Positions 18,209 through 26,167 of a DNA stretch of 32,607 bases are shown one piece after another. Location: positions 1-32,607 of IMG/VR virus record IMGVR_UViG_3300020176_000008. The stretch is one strand, 5' to 3'. The position numbers were made by a program, and so were the translations under genes. Every line of letters begins with the position of its first letter. The stretch's first letter is position 1. The notes under the pieces are model-generated. The model was not told where the DNA came from, searched no databases, and was given only the letters and a program-made list of their open reading frames with translations. Source of the stretch: a virus.

Positions 18209-20260
18209 ATGGAATCAAATGACATCCTGGCTAAACTACTAGCCAACGAGAACATCAATGTTGTACGTGGACAGGTAACCACGGCAAGTTTTAACATTGG
18301 CACACGCACTCTAGTTCTTCCGCAATGGAAAAACCTGGAGGCAGTGACTGAAGAGATGCTAATCTTGCATGAAGTCGGTCATGCTCTATTCACTACCGAC
18401 GAGTATGCAGAATCTCAAAAAGACCACCCTCGTTCATTTGGCCACTATTTGAACGTTGTAGAAGACGCACGAATTGAGCGTAAAATGAAAGACCGGTATC
18501 CCGGTGCCCGCAAAACCTTTATTGGTGGTTATGCGGACTTGGCAGCACGCGACTTCTTTGAAATTGCCGGCCGCGATTTAACTGCATATAATTTTATTGA
18601 TCGAATTAATCTGTATTTTAAACTTGGCGCAAAATGTGGCGTTAAATTTTCAAAATCTGAAATTAATTTCATATATGATATTGAGAAAACGGATAGTATT
18701 AAAGATGCAATTGAATTAACTGAACGCCTTTATGCATTCTGCAAGCAAAATGCAGAGGAAGAAATTGAAACGTCTAAAATTACACAGAATCTGGATGATG
18801 AAGATGATTCAGATGAAGACGATTTAGATGATCAATTAGAAGGCAATTACGACTATTCAGATGAAGAAGGCGAAGAAGAGGAATCTGAATCAGATATTAA
18901 CTCTGGCGAAAATGATATCGAAAAGAAATTGCAATCTGAAACGATGCAATCATTAGATTCTAAATTGCAAGATAGTGCAGATGTTGATACAGAATTCAAT
19001 TATTATGAACCTGCATTTCATCAAAACGATTTAGATGATGAGCTTATTGTTGAATATAAAACCGTATTACGTGAATTAACAGATTCAATAAGCGAAGATT
19101 CATTTCAATTTTATTCCAATAAAGCATCTCAATTGCGTCGTGATAATGCTTCTATCATTAATAATATGGTAAAAGAATTTGAAATGCGTAAGTCAGCTTC
19201 TAATTGGAAGCGTGCTCGCACAGCAAAAACAGGTCAAATTGATACAAAGAAGCTTTATGGTTATCAAATTAAAGACGAATTGTTTAAGCAATTAACTGTA
19301 ATTAAAGATGGCAAAAAACACGGAATGCTTTTCTTGCTGGATTGGTCTGGTTCAATGGGCGACTATATGAACGAAACTATTGGCCAGCTAATTAATCTTG
19401 CAATGTTTGCTCGCCGAATTAATATTCCATTTCAAGTATTTGCATTTACTTCTGCATATCGGAGTACTTATTCGCACCTCGATAAGCCTGAATATGACGA
19501 ATCCAAAAATATTAAAGGCTTAGGCAATGCTTATAATGTGTCATTATTAGAATTGTTTAGTGATCGTATGAACGAATCAGAATTTAATAAAATGGTCACA
19601 TTTTTAATTTCACGCCCCTATTATTACTCACGTAATTATGGTTTAGGTGGCACTCCTTTAAATGAAGCATTGTTGTATTTGACTGATTATATTGGAAAAT
19701 TTATCCAACAACGATCTGTAGAAAAAATGGTATTAATTACATTAACAGATGGAGAAGGTGGCAGAATTGTTGGAGAACGCAGATTAGATGTGCGTCAATA
19801 TAATGTTGAATCTAATAAGCATATTAATGTGCGTAATTTTATAAAAGATCCTATTACAGGAAAACAATATACTATTACTGATGATAGTAATACACAAACT
19901 CGCGTATTATTAACAATTATTAAAGATCGATATAATGTTTCAAATATCGGATTTAATTTAGTCTCTAATCGTCGTCACGAATTATTTCGTTTGTCATACT
20001 ATATTTTAAATAAGGATATTGATTTACATAAAATGCAATTAGATTTGCGAGCAAATAGATTTGTCGAAGTTTCAAACGGTGCATATGATCATTATTATGT
20101 AATTGATATTAAAGGATTGCGTGTAGAAAATAATATAGATCTGTCTGCAGTTAATAGTGATATGTCGGCAGCAAAAGCTTCTAGGGTATTTGCAAAGGCA
20201 ATTGGAACCAATAAAACATCTCGAGTGGTGCTCAATCAGTTTGTCTCAGAAGTAGCATAA
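18209..20260 (+). CDS. HEXXH metallopeptidase-like + acidic linker + VWA domain protein (CobT-like partner of MoxR AAA+)
   Basis: LHEVGH..LNVVEDARIE, D/E-rich linker, MIDAS DWSGS, GGTPL and LTDGEG; GGAG SD supports ATG 18209. Confidence 0.85.
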   Translation: MESNDILAKLLANENINVVRGQVTTASFNIGTRTLVLPQWKNLEAVTEEMLILHEVGHALFTTDEYAESQKDHPRSFGHYLNVVEDARIERKMKDRYPGARKTFIGGYADLAARDFFEIAGRDLTAYNFIDRINLYFKLGAKCGVKFSKSEINFIYDIEKTDSIKDAIELTERLYAFCKQNAEEEIETSKITQNLDDEDDSDEDDLDDQLEGNYDYSDEEGEEEESESDINSGENDIEKKLQSETMQSLDSKLQDSADVDTEFNYYEPAFHQNDLDDELIVEYKTVLRELTDSISEDSFQFYSNKASQLRRDNASIINNMVKEFEMRKSASNWKRARTAKTGQIDTKKLYGYQIKDELFKQLTVIKDGKKHGMLFLLDWSGSMGDYMNETIGQLINLAMFARRINIPFQVFAFTSAYRSTYSHLDKPEYDESKNIKGLGNAYNVSLLELFSDRMNESEFNKMVTFLISRPYYYSRNYGLGGTPLNEALLYLTDYIGKFIQQRSVEKMVLITLTDGEGGRIVGERRLDVRQYNVESNKHINVRNFIKDPITGKQYTITDDSNTQTRVLLTIIKDRYNVSNIGFNLVSNRRHELFRLSYYILNKDIDLHKMQLDLRANRFVEVSNGAYDHYYVIDIKGLRVENNIDLSAVNSDMSAAKASRVFAKAIGTNKTSRVVLNQFVSEVA

Positions 20261-20340
20261 AAAGTAATACTTTTGACATATGTTCAATAATTGGATGTTT
20301 TGGTATAATAAACCATAGACGAACAACGGAGAACGTTATG
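20260..20340 (+). promoter_or_regulatory. early promoter/leader, copy A
   Basis: Palindrome AAAAGTAATACTTTT, then TGTTCA-N17-TATAAT and AAACCATAGACGAACAACGGAGAACGTTATG. Confidence 0.75.
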
Positions 20341-20502
20341 AAACTAAAAGAAGCCTTCATGGAATACCTGGAAAATGCCGTAGAAGCAATTGCTTCTGGC
20401 GAGGTAGACTCAGACGAGGTTGTACAGGAACTGGTAGACTTGGGGATGCATATCTCCGTTGCCCGGGACATGGTTTATACAGCAATTGAAAGTAGTACCT
20501 AA
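20338..20502 (+). CDS. 54-aa acidic hypothetical protein (not in the ORF track)
   Basis: MKLKEAFMEYLENAVEAIASGEVDSDEVVQELVDLGMHISVARDMVYTAIESST, with its own promoter and GGAG SD. Confidence 0.75.
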   Translation: MKLKEAFMEYLENAVEAIASGEVDSDEVVQELVDLGMHISVARDMVYTAIESST

Positions 20503-20539
20503 GTATTATAAAATAGTATACTTTTTTGGTGTACTACTA

Positions 20540-20599
20540 TGTACAAAAAATAGAAGATTTGGTATAATAAACCATAGACAGACAACGGAGAATATTATG
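20540..20599 (+). promoter_or_regulatory. early promoter/leader, copy B
   Basis: TGTACA-N17-TATAAT, then AAACCATAGACAGACAACGGAGAATATTATG; near-duplicate of copy A. Confidence 0.75.
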
Positions 20600-20692
20600 A
20601 AATTTATGACTGATCTTACACAAGCTACTTTGGTTGCCATCTTGATCGGTGCTCCATTTGCCTTCTATTTTGCCTTTATGATGCAACCTTAA
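20597..20692 (+). CDS. 31-aa single-pass membrane peptide
   Basis: MKFMTDLTQATLVAILIGAPFAFYFAFMMQP; GGAG SD and a promoter directly upstream. Confidence 0.65.
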   Translation: MKFMTDLTQATLVAILIGAPFAFYFAFMMQP

Positions 20693-20707
20693 ACTGAGGA
20701 TTATATT

Positions 20708-21877
20708 ATGAAACGTGTGACTGACGAATTCAAGCAAGAATTCATTTCGGGCCTAAATGCAATGTTCCCTGACGTGGTTACATCAGGGCTCGTATCTAAC
20801 GCTCAGATTACTGAGTATATGAAAAAGACTAAAGATAAAAAGTGGCCGACGTGGCTCACTCGTCCCGACGCTCGCGCAAGTCGTGGCGTGTATTTTATTA
20901 CTGCGCAAAAGAAATCAAATGTTGTGCCTATGAATGTTCCAAAACCCGTGGCAGTAGTGCAATCTACTGACACTAAGCCGCTAGTTCCTGTAAAGGATCC
21001 AGCATTCGTACCTTTCGGTATTTACAAAGATGTTGAAACTATCGTCAAGTCTCGACAGTTTTATCCTGTGTATATCTATGGACCTACTGGTAACGGTAAG
21101 TCTACTGCAGTAGAACAGGCTTGCGCAAAGCTCAAGACTCCGATGATTCGTGTTAACTTAAACATGATGACAGACGAAGATCAATTGATCGGCACTAAGA
21201 CTCTTGTAGATGGTAACATCGAAATTGTCGAAGGTCCAGTATTGATTGCGATGCGCGCAGGTATTCCGCTATTGCTCGATGAACTTGATGCGGGTTCTGC
21301 AAATACTTTGCTGTGTTTGCAGCCAATCCTTGAAGGTAAACCGTACTTTTTCAAGTTGAAGAATGAATTGATTATTCCTGCAGAAGGTTTCAACGTCTTT
21401 GCTACTGGTAATACCAAAGGCAAAGGTTCAGATGATGGCCGTTATATCGGTACAAACATTCTCAACGAAGCTTTCTTGGAACGCTTTGCGATTACTCTAA
21501 CTCAAGATTATCCTTCAACTGGTGTTGAACGGAAAATCGTAGAAAATATCATGGGTCAATATGACTGTTACGATGAAGACTTTGCAACATCCCTTGTAAA
21601 ATGGGCTGATGCAATCCGTCGAACCTTCAATGATGGAGGTATCGATGAAAGTGTTACAACTCGCCGACTGATTCACATTGTACGCGCCTTTAGTATCTTT
21701 AAAAACAAGACTAAGGCAATTGAGTTGTGTACCAATCGATTTGATGAAGTAACACGACAGGCTTTCATTAACCTCTTTGAAAAGGTGAGTACTGATCCGG
21801 ATTCTGATCTACTTGCTTCTAATGAAAGCGCAACTGTTATTATTAATGATGGAATTGATGATGGAGATACACTATGA
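20708..21877 (+). CDS. CobS/MoxR-like AAA+ ATPase
   Basis: GPTGNGKS, LLLDELD, ATGNTKGKGSDDGRYIGTNILNEAFLERF and TTRRL. Confidence 0.9.
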   Translation: MKRVTDEFKQEFISGLNAMFPDVVTSGLVSNAQITEYMKKTKDKKWPTWLTRPDARASRGVYFITAQKKSNVVPMNVPKPVAVVQSTDTKPLVPVKDPAFVPFGIYKDVETIVKSRQFYPVYIYGPTGNGKSTAVEQACAKLKTPMIRVNLNMMTDEDQLIGTKTLVDGNIEIVEGPVLIAMRAGIPLLLDELDAGSANTLLCLQPILEGKPYFFKLKNELIIPAEGFNVFATGNTKGKGSDDGRYIGTNILNEAFLERFAITLTQDYPSTGVERKIVENIMGQYDCYDEDFATSLVKWADAIRRTFNDGGIDESVTTRRLIHIVRAFSIFKNKTKAIELCTNRFDEVTRQAFINLFEKVSTDPDSDLLASNESATVIINDGIDDGDTL

Positions 21878-22221
21878 AATATAAAGACATGACATTCACC
21901 TACTCTACACTGACACGTATCCAACGTAAAGCTGTAGATGCATTTATTGCCCTAGATCCTTCTTTAGCAACTGCTAATAGTATTTCGCGCCAACGTTTGG
22001 AGGAATTGTTTCTACAAGCTCGTAAAACTGATCCTAAGCTTGGTTATCCTGCATTCGTGACCCGATGTGAACGAGTCGCCCGCGGAGTCTATCAATGGCC
22101 GAGTCCAGGTGCAGTTGTGAATCTTTCTGCGATTAAATCTCCTGAGGTTGCTAAGACGGTAGAACAGACTGAATTTGAAGAAACGTTTGCCAAAGAAATG
22201 GCAGATTGTGGTATAATTTAA
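21874..22221 (+). CDS. hypothetical protein
   Basis: ATGA-coupled to the AAA gene; GGAG SD. Confidence 0.75.
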   Translation: MKYKDMTFTYSTLTRIQRKAVDAFIALDPSLATANSISRQRLEELFLQARKTDPKLGYPAFVTRCERVARGVYQWPSPGAVVNLSAIKSPEVAKTVEQTEFEETFAKEMADCGII

Positions 22222-22234
22222 ACATGGATTTCTT

Positions 22235-22272
22235 GCTGGGTGGTTTTGACCATCGGCCACTCAGCTTTTTTT
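22235..22272 (+). terminator. Rho-independent terminator-like hairpin
   Basis: GCTGGGTGGTT / GGCCACTCAGC stem (with G-U pairs) followed by 7 T. Confidence 0.75.
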
Positions 22273-22301
22273 ATTAGATGGTATTTTAAAATGGAGTTTT
22301 T

Positions 22302-22547
22302 ATGACTAAAATTGAACGCTTGAATGCTTACTTGTCAACCGGTGCCACTGTTACTGCTAAACAGATTGGTAGCATGTTCGGTATCGCAAATCCTACTGCC
22401 GCAGTTCATGCCTTGCGCAGTCAAGGTGTTTGTGTTTATGGCAACAAAGTTACACTACATGATGGTACTCCCTCCACAAAATACCGTGTTGGTGCTCCAA
22501 GCAAGAAAATGATCCAAGCTGCACACTCAGTTGGCGCATTCAACTAA
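22302..22547 (+). CDS. small winged-HTH-like DNA-binding protein
   Basis: VTAKQIGSMFGIANPTAAVHALRSQG helix-turn-helix pattern followed by a beta wing; GGAG SD. Confidence 0.65.
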   Translation: MTKIERLNAYLSTGATVTAKQIGSMFGIANPTAAVHALRSQGVCVYGNKVTLHDGTPSTKYRVGAPSKKMIQAAHSVGAFN

Positions 22548-22553
22548 GCTTAG

Positions 22554-22602
22554 TGTATTTTAAATATAGGCTGATGTATAATATCATATGTCAGCCTATA
22601 TT
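22554..22602 (+). promoter_or_regulatory. promoter embedded in a 12-bp inverted repeat
   Basis: AATATAGGCTGA (22563-74) and TCAGCCTATATT (22591-602) flank TATAAT (22577-82). Confidence 0.7.
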
Positions 22603-22621
22603 AGTTTGGAGAAGTTATATA

Positions 22622-22951
22622 ATGAAAAAAAGAATTTTGACGAAGAGCAATGATGTTCCAACAGGTATGAAGTTCGATAACGATAAACTTCGTTACGATC
22701 TGATTCCTCCTCTTGCTCAAGCTGAAATGGTGAAAGTGCTCACATTTGGAGCAGCAAAATATAAACCAAACAATTGGCAACATGTAGATGAAGCACTAGA
22801 TCGTTATTTTGCAGCATTCGAACGACACGTGTGGGCGTGGAAGATGGGTGAAACCACTGATCCTGAATCTGGTATCCATCACTTGGCGCATGCCGCATGT
22901 TGTTTAGCTTTCCTATACGAGCATGACGTCAAATATTCTAAAAAGGATTAA
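22622..22951 (+). CDS. dATP/dGTP diphosphohydrolase-domain protein (DUF5664-like)
   Basis: GMKFDNDKLRYDLIP, FGAAKY..NNW and DPESGIHHLAHAAC; GGAG SD supports ATG 22622. Confidence 0.82.
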   Translation: MKKRILTKSNDVPTGMKFDNDKLRYDLIPPLAQAEMVKVLTFGAAKYKPNNWQHVDEALDRYFAAFERHVWAWKMGETTDPESGIHHLAHAACCLAFLYEHDVKYSKKD

Positions 22952-22953
22952 TT

Positions 22954-23613
22954 ATGAAATTAAGTAAAGACACACTAACACTAATCAAAAACTTTGCTTC
23001 TATCAACGGATCATTGATGCTGAAAGAAGGCAATAAGCTTTCTACTATCTCAGAAGCAAAAAACGTCATGGCTAATGGTAGTATTACCGAAACATTCCCA
23101 CAAGACTTTGGCATCTATGATGTCAATGAATTCTTGGGCGTTATTAGTTTGTTTGATGATACACATCTTGATTTTAAAGACAAGTATGTAACCATTAGTG
23201 ACGGTGGCACGTCAAAGATTAAATACTTTGCGGCAGGTGAAGGCGTTGTGCGTTCTGCTCCAGCTCAAATCAAGTTTCCAGAGGCCGATGTTTCATTCGA
23301 TCTTTCGCAAGAACAGATTGCAATGATTCTTCGTACTGCATCAGTACTTAAAGCTAGTGATGTTGCAATCAAGGGTGAAGATGGTGAGTTGAAAGTTCAA
23401 GTTAGCGATAAGAAGAATGATACATCTAATGCTTATGAAGTTACAATCGGTTCTACTGATAAAGAGTTTACCGCAAACTTGAAAGTAGAGAACCTTAAAA
23501 TGCTAACAGGAAATTACACCGTTGAGGTTTCTTCTAAGAAGATTTCCAAGTTCACTAATAAAGATATTGATCTCACATATTTTGTTGCTATTGAAGCCGA
23601 CAGTAAATTCTAA
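22954..23613 (+). CDS. 45: sliding clamp gp45
   Basis: MKLSKDTL..KNFASIN, FGIYDVNEFL and YFVAIE. Confidence 0.95.
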   Translation: MKLSKDTLTLIKNFASINGSLMLKEGNKLSTISEAKNVMANGSITETFPQDFGIYDVNEFLGVISLFDDTHLDFKDKYVTISDGGTSKIKYFAAGEGVVRSAPAQIKFPEADVSFDLSQEQIAMILRTASVLKASDVAIKGEDGELKVQVSDKKNDTSNAYEVTIGSTDKEFTANLKVENLKMLTGNYTVEVSSKKISKFTNKDIDLTYFVAIEADSKF

Positions 23614-23649
23614 TTTATTGTATAATATATTTTTGTTATGGAGTTTAAT

Positions 23650-24588
23650 ATGAGTGAGCAGTATTTATGGGTCGAGAAGTACCGTCCACAGAAAATTGAT
23701 GAGTGTATTCTGCCCGAATCATTGAAAAAGACATTTAAGGAGTTCATCAATTCTGGTGAACTTCCTAACTTTTTGTTTTCCGGTACTGCTGGTACTGGTA
23801 AAACCACGGTTGCTAAAGCACTGTGCAATGAGGTTGGTGCAGAGTATCTATTCATCAACGGTTCAGAAGAATCAGGTATCGATGTTCTTCGAAACAAGAT
23901 CAAGTCATTTGCATCGTCAGTATCGCTAACTAATGCCAAGAAAGTAGTTATCCTCGATGAGGCTGATTATTTGAATCCTAACTCCACTCAACCTGCATTG
24001 CGTGGTTTTATCGAGGAGTTTAGTAACAATTGTCGTTTCATTCTTACATGTAACTTCAAGGCACGAATCATTGAACCACTTCACTCTCGTTGTGCTGTAA
24101 TCGATTTTAAAATCGAGAACAAAGATAAGGCCAAGATCGCAGCAGGTTTTTACCGTCGAGTTGTCGACATCCTCTCAACCGAGAAGGTCGAATCAGATGG
24201 CAAAGTTGTTGCTGAAGTAATCACAAAATACTTTCCAGATTATCGTCGCATCTTAAATGAGTTGCAACGATATTCTGTTTCCGGTAAAATTGATTCAGGC
24301 ATCTTAGTAAACTTGGGTGAAGAGTCATACAAAGAACTGTTCAAAAACCTGTCCGATAAGAACTTTACCGAGGTTCGTAAGTGGATTGGCAAGAACAGTG
24401 ATACTGATTCAACAGAGTTATTCCGTACACTCTATGACAGTGCAAAAAATTCAGTTGAGCCTTCTTCAATTCCTCAATTGGTTTTGATCCTTGCTGATTA
24501 CCAGTATAAAGCAGCTTTTGTTGCTGATCAGGAAATCAACAATATGGCAGCACTAACTGAAATTATGGCTCAGGTGAAATTTAAATGA
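23650..24588 (+). CDS. 44: clamp loader large subunit gp44
   Basis: WVEKYRP, GTAGTGKTT, LDEAD and SRC motif; GGAG SD supports ATG 23650; TATAAT at 23621-23626. Confidence 0.96.
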   Translation: MSEQYLWVEKYRPQKIDECILPESLKKTFKEFINSGELPNFLFSGTAGTGKTTVAKALCNEVGAEYLFINGSEESGIDVLRNKIKSFASSVSLTNAKKVVILDEADYLNPNSTQPALRGFIEEFSNNCRFILTCNFKARIIEPLHSRCAVIDFKIENKDKAKIAAGFYRRVVDILSTEKVESDGKVVAEVITKYFPDYRRILNELQRYSVSGKIDSGILVNLGEESYKELFKNLSDKNFTEVRKWIGKNSDTDSTELFRTLYDSAKNSVEPSSIPQLVLILADYQYKAAFVADQEINNMAALTEIMAQVKFK

Positions 24589-24932
24589 CTGACTTAATAC
24601 TGTTAACTATAATCTGTATTTTTGTTGCATTCTTTATCGGCATGCGTTATGAACGTGCACGTATCCTCCAAATTATCGAATCTAATTTGGAGGATGCTGA
24701 AGACGAAAATGAAGTGGCAGACCAAGTTCCTGAAGGTTATATGCGAATGCGTATCGAACTTCATGACGATATTATGTTTGCATATGGCGAAGATGGAATG
24801 TATCTTGCGCATAACAGTGATCCAGATCAGTTACTCATTAATTTGACAGAGCGTTTTAAAGACACAAAGTTTATTGCAGATCCGGAAAGTATTGATATTA
24901 TGTTAAAGAGATCTAACTATGACACCGTTTGA
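24585..24932 (+). CDS. hypothetical protein with N-terminal membrane anchor
   Basis: LILLTIICIFVAFFIG hydrophobic stretch; overlaps both g44 and g62. Confidence 0.7.
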   Translation: MTDLILLTIICIFVAFFIGMRYERARILQIIESNLEDAEDENEVADQVPEGYMRMRIELHDDIMFAYGEDGMYLAHNSDPDQLLINLTERFKDTKFIADPESIDIMLKRSNYDTV

Positions 24933-25299
24933 TTTTCTTAATAGTATTAATGATACCAAAGTCAATCTGATTGACAAGGATCCTCAGAACAAGAAAGACT
25001 ACTCAGCTTTCATGGTTAACCGTGGAATGAGTTATTTCCCAGATACCATCTTGTATGCAAATGAGATGAATGTCAACAGGGATATTCCGGTCGAATGGCA
25101 GTATGACTTCTTTCTTGCCGCCATTCCTAAACGTAAACGATTCTCTAAATGGGCTAAGAAAGACAAGACTCCGGATACGATTAAACTTATTATGAAAGAG
25201 TATAATTATTCAGAGGCTAAAGCTTTAGATGTTATAAATATATTGACTGACGAACAGCTAAAGGCTATAGTCAACAAGTATTCTACTGGCGGTAGATAA
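24919..25299 (+). CDS. 62: clamp loader small subunit gp62
   Basis: PFDFLNSIN, FMVNRGMSYFPDTILYANEMN, RKRFSKW and YNYS..KA. Confidence 0.93.
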   Translation: MTPFDFLNSINDTKVNLIDKDPQNKKDYSAFMVNRGMSYFPDTILYANEMNVNRDIPVEWQYDFFLAAIPKRKRFSKWAKKDKTPDTIKLIMKEYNYSEAKALDVINILTDEQLKAIVNKYSTGGR

Positions 25300-25352
25300 T
25301 ATCATTCGGCTTTTATTATTGCTGATAATTATAACAAGAAAGTGAACGTATC

Positions 25353-25778
25353 ATGGAGTTGATCTATTATGACTGGGCACCCCAGCTTATGCTCGAGGTA
25401 ACATTACCTGAGCCGGACAATTTTTTAAAGGTGAAAGAAACCCTCACCCGTATCGGTGTGGCTTCAAAGAAAGACAAGACGCTTTATCAGTCATGTCATA
25501 TTCTTCATAAGCAGGGTAAGTATTTCATTGTGCATTTTAAAGAGCTATTTGCTCTAGATGGTAAGGAAGCTAATATCACACTAAACGATATTGGTAGACG
25601 TAATACTATCGCAAAGCTTTTGGAAGATTGGGATCTTCTGAAAATTGTTTCTTCTGACCTACAAGAAGAGCAAGCAACGTTGTCACAGATAAAAATTGTT
25701 TCATTCAATGATAAGAAAGAGTGGAATCTAGTGGCGAAATATAATATTGGCAAAAAGCCTACAAAAGGAGTGAACTAA
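25353..25778 (+). CDS. regA: translational repressor RegA
   Basis: PDNFLKVKETLTRIGVAS and LYQSCHILHKQGKYFIVHFKELF. Confidence 0.96.
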   Translation: MELIYYDWAPQLMLEVTLPEPDNFLKVKETLTRIGVASKKDKTLYQSCHILHKQGKYFIVHFKELFALDGKEANITLNDIGRRNTIAKLLEDWDLLKIVSSDLQEEQATLSQIKIVSFNDKKEWNLVAKYNIGKKPTKGVN

Positions 25779-25781
25779 ATC

Positions 25782-25982
25782 ATGTTTGAATTCAAACTTT
25801 CTCTAACCGAAACTAACTTGGTACTTGCCGCACTTGGTAAGCAGTCTTTTGACCAGGTTGCTGCCCTGATTGGTAACATTCGTGGTCAAGCAGAACCTCA
25901 GCTTCCACGCGTACAGCAAGAGATGGAAGCGGCTAAAGCTGCTGCAGAAAAAGCTGATGCCGAGGGCAAAGAAGCCGCATAA
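25782..25982 (+). CDS. small helical hypothetical protein
   Basis: 66-aa ORF with AAGGAG SD. Confidence 0.75.
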   Translation: MFEFKLSLTETNLVLAALGKQSFDQVAALIGNIRGQAEPQLPRVQQEMEAAKAAAEKADAEGKEAA

Positions 25983-25986
25983 TTTA

Positions 25987-25994
25987 TATAAATA
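25987..25994 (+). promoter_or_regulatory. T4-type late promoter upstream of the hsp20 leader
   Basis: Exact TATAAATA, intergenic. Confidence 0.75.
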
Positions 25995-26000
25995 GATTAT

Positions 26001-26167
26001 ATCCCACTACCTTGGGATCGTTTGATGCTACGATAAAAGGCGTCCGATCTTGTTCGTATAAACAACGTGTAATTACACTGACAGCACGAAAGTCTGTCCC
26101 TGTATAAAGTAAGCAGGACTACTATGCCTTCGGGGTAGTAATTTCATTTAACTCGCTTAATAAGGAG
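26001..26167 (+). ncRNA. structured 5' leader of hsp20 with a ROSE-like terminal hairpin
   Basis: About eight contiguous hairpins including GAAA and C(UUCG)G tetraloops; CTCGCTT pairs with SD AAGGAG with a bulged G. Confidence 0.7.

Noticed and set aside
20260-20602. Repeat-spacer-like arrangement as a possible CRISPR or mini-array
   Set aside because: There are only two imperfect copies about 260 nt apart, each containing -10 and SD elements before an ORF, so duplicated promoters explain them better.
20708-21877. Interpretation as a cobalamin biosynthesis (cobS/cobT) auxiliary pathway
   Set aside because: No cobN or other cob genes are present, so a generic MoxR-type AAA+/VWA pair is the safer call.
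26001-26167. Possible tRNA or tmRNA in the hsp20 upstream gap
   Set aside because: No cloverleaf, no canonical T-loop (GTTCRA) arm and no CCA end were found.
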